In this document: in pieces, positions 21,292-30,183 of the stretch
How positions within the stretch are numbered: the stretch's first letter is position 1
Layout: each line of letters begins with the position of its first letter
Origin: Aulosira sp. ZfuVER01
Lineage (GTDB): Bacteria > Cyanobacteriota > Cyanobacteriia > Cyanobacteriales > Nostocaceae
Length of the DNA stretch: 64,000 bases
Assembly: GCA_034530615.2 (NCBI GenBank)
Contig: JAVRCV020000049.1
Span: 64,001-128,000 of the forward strand
Direction: 5' to 3'
Position numbers and translations under genes: made by a program
Notes under the pieces: model-generated
The model's database searches: none
Seen by the model: the letters and a program-made list of their open reading frames with translations, nothing else
What the model was told of the DNA's origin: nothing

Positions 21292-21643
21292 CAATTAAAT
21301 ACTTAATTGTCATGCAATCCCTCTTTACCAACAACAATTGTTACGCTATCAACCAGGGTTAACTGTTTTAATGGTTGGAGAACCTGCTACTCCTCCCAAA
21401 GGAACTTTAGACCCAGAAATTTTAATATGGTGCGAGTTACATAACTTTATTCTTGTCACAAATAATCGTACTTCTATGCCCATTCATCTAGCAGAACATC
21501 TCACGCAAAAACATCATATCCCCGGTATTTTTGTGTTACGTCGCAAAGCAACTATCGGACAGATTATCAACGATTTAATTTTTATTGCTCAAGTAAACGA
21601 TTCCGAAGAATTTTTAGACCGTATTACTCACATTCCTCTGTAA
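21288..21643 (+). pseudogene. DUF5615/PIN-like toxin gene, frameshifted near the N-terminus
   Basis: The ATG at 21288 overlaps the DUF433 stop (ATGA) and reads MTIKYLI. The body PLYQQQLLRYQP...GTLDPEIL...LVTNNR...HIPGIF is in a different frame. Confidence 0.7.
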
Positions 21644-21696
21644 TTTCTAAAATAAAAAGTATTAATCCTGTTTCTGCCAAAAAACCGAACCAAATT

Positions 21697-22293
21697 TTAT
21701 AATTTGCTCAATTTAGTTTCTGTAGCAACAAAGTGTAACGGTTGATCCCAATGTTCAACAGGTAGTTGGGGTAAATAAGCAAAATCAAACACAATTCCGA
21801 TAGTTGGTTTTGTCGCCCATTCTGGTGAACTGAGCAAGCGATCGTAATATCCGCCGCCATAGCCTAAGCGATATCCTTGATAATCGCAAGCAACACCAGG
21901 AACAAGAATCAAATCTACTTCCGCCGGGTTTATAGTTGGCGCATGGGGATGGGGTTCGGTAATGCCATAACTACTGATTGTTACAGAATCTTTGGCAGTC
22001 CAGACGTGCCAATGCATGGATTTGCCAACACAACGCGGAAATCCCCAACGGTATTTATTATCTGCAAACAGCGAACTCAGGTCAGGTTCTTGGCGAAAAC
22101 TGAAATAAGCAAGTATAGTTTTTGCTTGGGTAAATAAAGTAGAGGTTTGCAGTTGCGTACAGATGCGATCGCTTTTTTCTCTCCACTCGTTTATGTGCAT
22201 TGATTGCCGTTTTTTCAGGAGATGACGACGCAGTTTGGTTTTATCTAATTGCGAATAATGTACTGTCATTAGATTCCAGCATTTCTGAGTCAA
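21697..22293 (-). CDS. 5-formyltetrahydrofolate cyclo-ligase
   Basis: DLILVPGVACD...RLGYGGGYYDRLL. Confidence 0.92.
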   Translation of the reverse strand: MTQKCWNLMTVHYSQLDKTKLRRHLLKKRQSMHINEWREKSDRICTQLQTSTLFTQAKTILAYFSFRQEPDLSSLFADNKYRWGFPRCVGKSMHWHVWTAKDSVTISSYGITEPHPHAPTINPAEVDLILVPGVACDYQGYRLGYGGGYYDRLLSSPEWATKPTIGIVFDFAYLPQLPVEHWDQPLHFVATETKLSKL

Positions 22294-22422
22294 TTCCTAA
22301 AGCATCGAGTTGTTCAGGGGAAAGATTATGCAACTTCTCGACAATTCTCTCCCGCTTTTTTGGCTATTTAAATTATGAAATTTACTATTTTATTGAAAAT
22401 TTTACCAGGGCACAACATTGTC

Positions 22423-22626
22423 CATTGGTGTCAACTTAAGCTAAAAATAGCCTCTGTGTTAGCTTTGTCGCCCGCCTGAGAATGAATTATCAGGCTAATA
22501 GCCCAAGTCTACTGAAGTAGACTCAAGATTTTGAGGATATTTAGTCATCTTCAGATGACTTTTGCTATTAGCAAGGAACTAAAGTTCCTTGCGGTAACAG
22601 GGTTTCGCGTTAAGTTGACACGTATG
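22423..22626. mobile_element. MITE with 17-bp TIRs and a 9-bp target duplication, inserted in a GGGCAC...GTGCCCCTAC palindrome
   Basis: TIRs CATTGGTGTCAACTTAA / TTAAGTTGACACGTATG; AACATTGTC at 22414-22422 and 22627-22635. Confidence 0.85.
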
Positions 22627-22726
22627 AACATTGTCGTGCCCCTACGAATGGTGTGTATTCTATGGAATTGAGGAAGGGAGATATTTAATAGAGAGGAAGC
22701 GCAAACAGCCTATAAGAAGGTGAACC

Positions 22727-23815
22727 CTAAATACGACTCTTGCCTAAACCAGCTACACTACGGGAATGACCATTCTGAGCAAATCGCTTTTGCAGAATTT
22801 GTCGATAAACTTCTTCATAACTGTCAGTCATTTTTTCCAGGCTAAAGCGGTTTTCCACATACTGCCTACAAGCTTGTCGGTCTAAATCTGTCACTTTATC
22901 AATGGCACTGACGAACTCTTCAACATTTTCGCAGAGGAAGCCGGTTTTTCCGTGGTCAATTACTTCGACTGTAGATCCAAGTTTCATAGCAATCACTGGC
23001 GTGCCTGCGGCCATAGATTCAACCATGACTAATCCAAATGGTTCTCGCCAAGTGATGGGGAATAAAGTTGCTACTGCACCTCCCATGAGGGCATTTTTTT
23101 GATTATGGTCTGCTTCACCCAAATACTCAATTTGTTTGCCGTCAATTAGCGGTTTGATTTCTTGTTCGTAATACTCTACATCAACGACATCTACCTTCCC
23201 GGCGATTTTTAAATGCCAGCCAGCTTGTTTGGCAATTGCGATCGCTAAATGTGTTCCTTTCTCTGGAGATATCCTTCCCAAAAATGCTAAGTAAGGGGGA
23301 TCGCTGGGTTGAGCATGGAATTTATAAGTGCTAACATCAATCCCGTTATATGCATTTCCTACATAATTCAGCCCTAATCTTGGTTCCCGTTGGGCATTGG
23401 AGATACTGATATAAGGTTGATTTTTAGCAAATTTAAACATCTTTTCGTTGTCAGGGGTAAAAATCCCGTGCAAGGTATGAACTGTGGGGGTTTTTACAAG
23501 ATTCGCATAGGGTAGTGCTGCACAACCCATGTGGGAGTGAATAATATCAAACTTTTCTGCTTGCTCGTAAACTAAACCCAATTGCAACATCTCGTAGATG
23601 CCATACTCTTTGATATTAGGATCGAGTCTGAGGGCGCGGGGGTGAACTGATTCTAGTTCTGCCAAACTGATAGAATCTCCCGATGCAAATAGTGTAACTT
23701 CATGTCCGCGTCGCACCAGTTCATCGGTCAGCAACCCCACTACTAACTCTATACCTCCATAAGCTGGAGGCGGTACTCTCTCCCATAGTGGGGCTATCTG
23801 AGCAATTCGCATCAC
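22727..23815 (-). CDS. Glycosyltransferase family 4
   Basis: RIAQIAPLWERVPPPAYGGIE; LGRISPEKG; EPFGLVMVESMAAGTPVI. Confidence 0.93.
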   Translation of the reverse strand: MMRIAQIAPLWERVPPPAYGGIELVVGLLTDELVRRGHEVTLFASGDSISLAELESVHPRALRLDPNIKEYGIYEMLQLGLVYEQAEKFDIIHSHMGCAALPYANLVKTPTVHTLHGIFTPDNEKMFKFAKNQPYISISNAQREPRLGLNYVGNAYNGIDVSTYKFHAQPSDPPYLAFLGRISPEKGTHLAIAIAKQAGWHLKIAGKVDVVDVEYYEQEIKPLIDGKQIEYLGEADHNQKNALMGGAVATLFPITWREPFGLVMVESMAAGTPVIAMKLGSTVEVIDHGKTGFLCENVEEFVSAIDKVTDLDRQACRQYVENRFSLEKMTDSYEEVYRQILQKRFAQNGHSRSVAGLGKSRI

Positions 23816-24330
23816 AAACCTCCTAAAAATTTAGCTCCTGAAAAGTTTGTCTTGGCTGAGATATGAGAAATTTCTGCTTTGTAAGCTGCGTGTTCCATGA
23901 ATAATTTCAAGCAATGCGATTTGAGCCCAAAGCTATCTTTGAACGCCAAGCAAATTATTAATTACTTGAGAATTCTAGGATTTAACTGCCAGCTTTTTCT
24001 TCTACCTTTGTAGGGAAATTATCTTCTCCTCTAGAGTGAAAATTTATATTTTTGGTTTCAACTGTGCTATATTTATGTATCTATATTTTTTCCCAAAGGT
24101 TTCTCAAATTCATTGATTCTGCGCTAATTCTGCACTAGTTTAATCCTTGATCGAGATTCACAACAAATTGCATTTACTACCTTTTTGGGGAGACTTAAAT
24201 TGAGAATTTCAAGTATATGCAGTTATAATTGCTGATAACTGAATGGCTTATGTATTCGATAGTATTGACTTTTTTAGATAATGCGAATAAAATTATTGGC
24301 TGATTAAAATTAACTAAAAAAATAAATAAC

Positions 24331-25131
24331 GTGAATATTTCTCCATCTTCCAAAAAACCGCGTGCCGCATGGCAGGCGGTTTTATCAGTAATTATATTTA
24401 TCTTTATGTACCTACCTATACTAGTACTGGCTTTTTATAGCTTCAACAAGTCGCCTTACAGTGCAAGTTGGCAAGGATTCACTCTCGATTGGTATCGCCA
24501 ATTATTCAGTGATGAGCGCATTGTGTCGGCTTTGTGGAATAGTTTAATAGTTGCCTTTAGTGCGGTGGCTATTTCCGCCGTGTTGGGAACGTTAATGGCA
24601 GTCGGTTTGGCACGTTATCAGTTTCCACTCAAGAAATTGTATCAGGGCATTTCTTATTTACCGTTGATTATCCCTGATATTGCGATCGCAGTAGCTACCC
24701 TAGTTTTTTTAGCAGCATTTGCGATTCCCCTCAGTTTGTGGACAATTATCGCGGCTCATGTGGTGTTTTGCCTCGCCTACGTTGCACTTGTGGTTACTTC
24801 CCGACTCTCTCACTTAAATCCCCATTTAGAGGAAGCTGCTTTAGATTTAGGTGCAACACCAGTACAGGCTTTTATCAAAGTATTATTACCTCAATTAATG
24901 CCTGGTATTATTGCCGGTTGTCTGCTGGCTTTTGTTTTGAGTTTAGATGATTTCCTCATCGCTAGTTTTACCGCAGGTAGTGGTTCTAACACCCTACCAA
25001 TGGAAATTTTTAGTCGCATTAGAACTGGAGTCAAACCTGATATTAATGCTCTCAGCGTAATTTTAATTTTAGTCTCTGCAATCGTCGCTTTTGTAGCAGA
25101 ATTAATTCGCGCGTACGGAGATGAAATCTAA
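24331..25131 (+). CDS. Spermidine/putrescine-type ABC permease (PotC-like)
   Basis: FMYLPILVL...SFN; LEEAALDLGA; SLDDF; TLPMEIFSRIR. Confidence 0.88.
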   Translation: MNISPSSKKPRAAWQAVLSVIIFIFMYLPILVLAFYSFNKSPYSASWQGFTLDWYRQLFSDERIVSALWNSLIVAFSAVAISAVLGTLMAVGLARYQFPLKKLYQGISYLPLIIPDIAIAVATLVFLAAFAIPLSLWTIIAAHVVFCLAYVALVVTSRLSHLNPHLEEAALDLGATPVQAFIKVLLPQLMPGIIAGCLLAFVLSLDDFLIASFTAGSGSNTLPMEIFSRIRTGVKPDINALSVILILVSAIVAFVAELIRAYGDEI

Positions 25132-25482
25132 ATTTTTTATTTAATTCTCAAGCAAAGCTATTCCAGAAGCTGATTTAAATTTCTTGTATCAAACCTATTC
25201 TTTGATATTAGCTGTATTCACAAATACAACACTCATCCCCTTGACAACTTTAGGAATTTGCAATTATTATTCTCTCTGTAATGAAAATGATTGCGCTCAT
25301 ATATACTCATATTTAAAAAGTTACAAACAGAAAACAACAAATAAATAAAAATGCTCTATCTGTATTTACTCACCTAAGTATCTACACAGATTGAGTCAGT
25401 CCATATTTATTTGTCTATACATCTGTTTTCACTTCGATAATATTGGGGCTAACTTTGGACAAGATGCTATCTCCCCTACATT

Positions 25483-27327
25483 ATGCAAATCTGCCAAAAT
25501 CCCAATTGCTCAAATCCATTCAATCATGACGGCAATAGATTTTGCATAAGTTGTGGACAAAGCAACTTTGGCAAACTACTCAGAAACCGCTACCGTGTCT
25601 TAAGGCTATTAGGTGAAGGTGGTTTTAGTAGAACTTATGCAGCAGAAGACGTAGATAGACTAGATGCTCCCTGTGTCATTAAGCAATTTTTTCCGCAAGT
25701 TCAAGGAACTGGACAACGTCAGAAAGCAGCAGAATTCTTTAAAGAAGAAGCATTTCGGCTGTATGAACTAGGAGAAAATCATACCCAAATTCCCCGCTTA
25801 CTAGCTTATTTTGAACAAGGTTCCAGTTTATATCTCATACAAGAATTTATTCAAGGAAAAACACTTTTACAAGAAGTTCAAGAACAATGCTTTACTGAAC
25901 AAGAAATTCGTCAACTTTTAGCTGATTTATTACCTATTCTTGATTTTATCCACTCGCATAATGTTATTCATCGGGATATCAAACCAGAAAATATTATCCG
26001 CCGCGATAGCGATGGGAAACCCGTATTAATAGATTTTGGCGGTGCTAAACAGGTAACACAAACAAGTTTAGCCAGACAAGCTACAGTAATTTATACAATA
26101 GGTTATGCTCCCACAGAACAAATGGCTGGATTTGCTTGTCACGCCAGCGATTTATATGCTTTGGGTGTAACTTGTGTGCGTCTTTTAACTCGATGTTTGC
26201 CCTTACAAAATAGTGATGGACAGATTGAAGACAATCTTTATGATGCTATGAATGCTAAGTGGTTATGGACAGAGCGTTTGCAAGAAAATGGTATTATCAT
26301 CAGCGATGGGTTAGCAAAAATTTTAGATAAATTACTCCAACATTTACCAAAGGATAGATATCAATCTGCAAGCGAAGTTCTCAATAATTTGAAGTCTACA
26401 ACCACATCAGAATTAGAAGCAGAGATTTTGGCAATTTCTCAACGTATATTCTTGCCTGTATCAATGCCAACAAAACCACAGAAAGTCATAAAACCTCTAC
26501 CCTCTCTACAAAGCTTTGAATTTGACGTGGTAACTGTAGATACAGCAGGTAGAGAAGTAAACCGCGATCGCCTGCATAGCAAATATTTTACAGAAGAATT
26601 GGGTAAAGCGATCGCCCTAGAAATGGTAGCAATTCCTGGTGGTACTTTCATGATGGGTTCGCCAGAATTTGAGGGTGATGCTGACGAACGTCCCCAACAC
26701 AAAGTTACAGTTGCACCCTTTTTCATGGGGAAATTTCCGGTAACTCAAGCCCAGTGGAAAGCCGTAGCCGCCTTACCGAAAGTCAAACAACCTTTAAATC
26801 CCAACCCATCGAAAAACAAAGGCCCAAATCGACCAGTAGAAAATGTATCCTGGCATGAAGCTGTAGAATTTTGTCTCAGGCTAGCCGAAAAAACTGGACG
26901 CGACTATCGTTTACCCAGCGAAGCCGAATGGGAATATGCTTGTCGCGCTGGAACCAAAACATCCTTTCATTTTGGCGAAACCATTACGTCAGATTTAGTT
27001 AGCTGTAGTTGTAGCGATAGTAAATCTCGTAAAGAAACCACCAATGTTGGCAGTTTTGAAGTAGCGAACGCCTTTGGATTGTACGATATGCACGGGTTAG
27101 TTTGGGAATGGTGCGCCGATTCTTGGCACAACAATTACAACGGTGCACCCACCGATGGACGTGTTTGGGAAGAAGGTGGTGATATGCATCGCCGGGTGTT
27201 GCGTGGTGGTTCTTGGAGTTTCGGTGCAGAACTTTGTCGCAGCGCCAGTCGTAGTTGGAATGAGTCAGATGGTGGGTTGAGGATTTGTGGCTTTCGAGTT
27301 GTGTTTTCTGCGGAAGGGATGCTTTAA
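25483..27327 (+). CDS. 4-Cys prefix / Ser/Thr kinase / FGE-sulfatase (CLec-fold) protein, paralog 1
   Basis: CQNPNC...CISCG; LGEGGF; HRDIKPEN; DFG; RLPSEAEWEYACRAG; NAFGLYDMHG; RGGSW...GFRVV. Confidence 0.92.
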   Translation: MQICQNPNCSNPFNHDGNRFCISCGQSNFGKLLRNRYRVLRLLGEGGFSRTYAAEDVDRLDAPCVIKQFFPQVQGTGQRQKAAEFFKEEAFRLYELGENHTQIPRLLAYFEQGSSLYLIQEFIQGKTLLQEVQEQCFTEQEIRQLLADLLPILDFIHSHNVIHRDIKPENIIRRDSDGKPVLIDFGGAKQVTQTSLARQATVIYTIGYAPTEQMAGFACHASDLYALGVTCVRLLTRCLPLQNSDGQIEDNLYDAMNAKWLWTERLQENGIIISDGLAKILDKLLQHLPKDRYQSASEVLNNLKSTTTSELEAEILAISQRIFLPVSMPTKPQKVIKPLPSLQSFEFDVVTVDTAGREVNRDRLHSKYFTEELGKAIALEMVAIPGGTFMMGSPEFEGDADERPQHKVTVAPFFMGKFPVTQAQWKAVAALPKVKQPLNPNPSKNKGPNRPVENVSWHEAVEFCLRLAEKTGRDYRLPSEAEWEYACRAGTKTSFHFGETITSDLVSCSCSDSKSRKETTNVGSFEVANAFGLYDMHGLVWEWCADSWHNNYNGAPTDGRVWEEGGDMHRRVLRGGSWSFGAELCRSASRSWNESDGGLRICGFRVVFSAEGML

Positions 27328-27535
27328 ATTAGCATTTGCAACTCGTAAACTAACATTTGCGACTCACAAACTTGCTTTTGCAACTCGCAAACTAACATTT
27401 GCGACTCGTAAACTTGCTTTTGCAACTTGCAAACTTGCTTTTGCGATTCACAAACTAACATTTGCAATTCACAAACTTGCTTTTGCGACTCGTAAACTTG
27501 CTTTTGCAACTCACAAACTAACTTTTGCACCATTC
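27326..27535. repeat. Tandem array of ten 21-bp units
   Basis: Units are AAACT(AACA/TGCT)TTTGC(A/G)ACTC(AC/GT), starting at 27326, 27347, 27368 and so on to 27515. Confidence 0.95.
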
Positions 27536-27607
27536 TCAATAACTGCGGGGAATTCTTAGCCTTAACTTTGGGAACCATAAACCAGAAACTCTGAATTACC
27601 CCAAGTT

Positions 27608-29398
27608 ATGCAAATCTGCCAAAATCCCAATTGCTCAAATCCTTTCAACCCTAACGATCATAAATTTTGTATGAGTTGTGGACAAAGCAACTTTGGTAAA
27701 CTTTTGGGAAACCGCTACCGCGTTGTGGAACTATTAGGCGAAGGTGGTTTTGGCAAAACCTATACAGCAGAAGACACAAATAAATTTGATGATGTTTGCG
27801 TCATCAAGCAATTCTTTCCCCAAGTTTCCGGAACAGCAGCATTAAGCAAAGCAGCAGAATTATTCAAGCAAGAAGCGAAACGTCTTTATGAACTGGGAGA
27901 AAATCACAACCAAATTCCCAGATTGTTAGCTTATTTTGAACAAGGCTCAAGCTTGTATCTGGTACAAGAATTTATTCAAGGACAGACTTTATTAACAGAA
28001 CTTCAGCAACAAGCTTTTAGCGAAGAACAAATTCGCCAACTATTAGCTGATTTATTGCCAGTTCTGCAATTCATCCACGATCGCAACGTCATCCATCGGG
28101 ATATTAAACCAGAAAATATTATGCGCCGTCAAAAAGATGGCAAACTTGTTCTCATTGACTTTGGTGGAGCAAAACAAGTAACTCAAACGAGTTTAGCCAG
28201 ACAAGCCACAGGAATTTATACTGTTGGTTATGCTCCCAGCGAGCAAATGAATGGATTTGCTTCACCAGCCAGCGATTTATATGCTTTGGGTGCGACTTGT
28301 GCGCGGTTGTTAACTCAATGCTTGGCTGTATCAGATGTCAATGGTAATCTTTGCGATCCCTTATATGATGCTTATAATGCTCAATGGTTGTGGCGAGAAC
28401 GGTTACAAGATAAAGGTGTTACTATTAGCAACGAATTAGGGCAAATTCTCGATAAGTTGCTGAAACATCTAGCTAGGGAAAGATATCAATCAGCAGCAGC
28501 AGTTTTGCAAGACTTGAATTCTACCAAAGCAATTCAAGCGATTCCACAACTTCAATGCATTCCTGTTCAATCCAGTCAACCCAGTAATACTTCATCCCTG
28601 AAAACTTTTGAATTTGATGTAGTAAGAGTAGACGCAACAGGTAAACAAATTAGCCGTAACCGTCGTAGTACAAACTTCTTTGCAGAAGACTTGGGAAATG
28701 GCGTAATTCTAGAAATGGTGTCTATTCCTGGCGGTACATTTATGATGGGTTCACCGCAAGGAGAAGGATACAATCGCGAAAAACCGCAGCATCAAGTTAA
28801 GGTTCCTGGCTTATTCATGGGTAAATATCAAGTCACCCAGGAACAGTATCAAACAATCATGGGTAGTAATCCCTCGATTCGTAGCGGTGAAAAACAACCA
28901 GTGGAACAAGTAAGTTGGAATAAAGCAGTAGAATTTTGTAAAAGATTGAGTCTGAAGACAGGACGGACTTATCGACTACCCAGTGAAGCAGAGTGGGAAT
29001 ATGCTTGTCGTGCTGGAACTACTACACCTTTTTATTTTGGTGAAACAATCACTACTGATTTAGCAAACTATGACGGCACTTTGACTTACGCTTTTGAAGC
29101 AAAAGGTAAATATCGTTCGGAAACAACATCTGTAGGTTCTTTTTCACCCAATAGCTTTGGTTTGTACGATATGCACGGCAATGTTTGGGAGTGGTGTCAA
29201 GATTACTGGCACGAGAATTACCAAGGCGCACCCACTGATGGTAGTGCTTGGTTAACTGGCGGTGAGAGTAATCTTCGATTACTGCATGGTGGTTCCTGGT
29301 ATATCGGTCCTGGGCGTTGCCGTAGTGCTGTCCGCGATTTCTACTCCCCGGACTATTACGACAGCCATATCGGGTTCCGTATTGTCGTTAGCGCATGA
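27608..29398 (+). CDS. 4-Cys prefix / Ser/Thr kinase / FGE-sulfatase protein, paralog 2 (probable DGR target)
   Basis: Same architecture as paralog 1 with an identical 5' end (ATGCAAATCTGCCAAAATCCCAATTGCTCAAATCC); C-terminus GGSWYIGPGRCRSAVRDFYSPDYYDSHIGFRIV. Confidence 0.92.
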   Translation: MQICQNPNCSNPFNPNDHKFCMSCGQSNFGKLLGNRYRVVELLGEGGFGKTYTAEDTNKFDDVCVIKQFFPQVSGTAALSKAAELFKQEAKRLYELGENHNQIPRLLAYFEQGSSLYLVQEFIQGQTLLTELQQQAFSEEQIRQLLADLLPVLQFIHDRNVIHRDIKPENIMRRQKDGKLVLIDFGGAKQVTQTSLARQATGIYTVGYAPSEQMNGFASPASDLYALGATCARLLTQCLAVSDVNGNLCDPLYDAYNAQWLWRERLQDKGVTISNELGQILDKLLKHLARERYQSAAAVLQDLNSTKAIQAIPQLQCIPVQSSQPSNTSSLKTFEFDVVRVDATGKQISRNRRSTNFFAEDLGNGVILEMVSIPGGTFMMGSPQGEGYNREKPQHQVKVPGLFMGKYQVTQEQYQTIMGSNPSIRSGEKQPVEQVSWNKAVEFCKRLSLKTGRTYRLPSEAEWEYACRAGTTTPFYFGETITTDLANYDGTLTYAFEAKGKYRSETTSVGSFSPNSFGLYDMHGNVWEWCQDYWHENYQGAPTDGSAWLTGGESNLRLLHGGSWYIGPGRCRSAVRDFYSPDYYDSHIGFRIVVSA

Positions 29399-29523
29399 TA
29401 AATTCGTTTTAAACTTTCTGCCTATGGTTGTAAAAACTTTGAAAATTTCTGAGTTATACCTTTGCTAAATTGCCATTTTAACTGTTAGTTCACCATACTA
29501 AGTCATGAAAAGCCTCAATTGTT

Positions 29524-30147
29524 ATGACTCAAGCCTTACCCAAAATATTCACCTTTGATGAATTTATCGCCTGGTATCCAGAAAATGCTGGGATACGCTA
29601 CGAACTGCACAATGGGGAAATTGTCGAAATGTCACAACCCACAGGGAAACATGAAAGAGTAAAAGGATTTTTAGCAAGAAAGCTATCTGTGGAATTTGAT
29701 AGAATAAATCTTCCCTACTTTATCCCCAATCAAGCAATCGTAAAACCACCCGAAAGAGAATCAGGTTATTTCCCAGACGTATTGATATTAAATGACGCGG
29801 CTTTAGCTGATGAACCTCTTTGGGAAAAATCTTCTACCATTATTAATGGTGCATCAATTCCTCTAGTAATTGAAGTTGTCAGTACTAACTGGCGCGATGA
29901 CTACTATCTAAAACTTGCCGACTATGAACAAATGGGTATTCCTGAATATTGGATTGCTGACTATGCAGCATTAGGCGCTAAGAAGTTTATTGGTAATCCC
30001 AAACAACCCACGATTTCAGTTTATCAATTTATTGAAGATGAATATCAAGTTAGTCAGTTTCGCGGTACTGACCAGCTAATATCACCTACCTTCCCACAGT
30101 TGAATTTAACTGTCCAACAGATATTTGACCCAATAAAATACACATAA
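29524..30147 (+). CDS. Uma2 family endonuclease-fold protein
   Basis: YELHNGEIVEM, PDV, LVIEVVSTNWRDDY, GIPEYWI. Confidence 0.9.
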   Translation: MTQALPKIFTFDEFIAWYPENAGIRYELHNGEIVEMSQPTGKHERVKGFLARKLSVEFDRINLPYFIPNQAIVKPPERESGYFPDVLILNDAALADEPLWEKSSTIINGASIPLVIEVVSTNWRDDYYLKLADYEQMGIPEYWIADYAALGAKKFIGNPKQPTISVYQFIEDEYQVSQFRGTDQLISPTFPQLNLTVQQIFDPIKYT

Positions 30148-30183
30148 ATTGATGGGCTATATAATTAATTCGTATTTAAGAAA

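Noticed and set aside
25250..25300. Fur-box-like AT-rich sequence upstream of kinase paralog 1
   Set aside because: The match is too degenerate for an AT-rich intergenic region.
27190..27327. Paralog 1 3' end as a DGR template or variable region
   Set aside because: It is coding, has no AAY-rich run, and includes A/G-ending codons at the would-be variable positions.
27326..27535. CRISPR array
   Set aside because: The units are contiguous with no unique spacers, and no cas genes are nearby.
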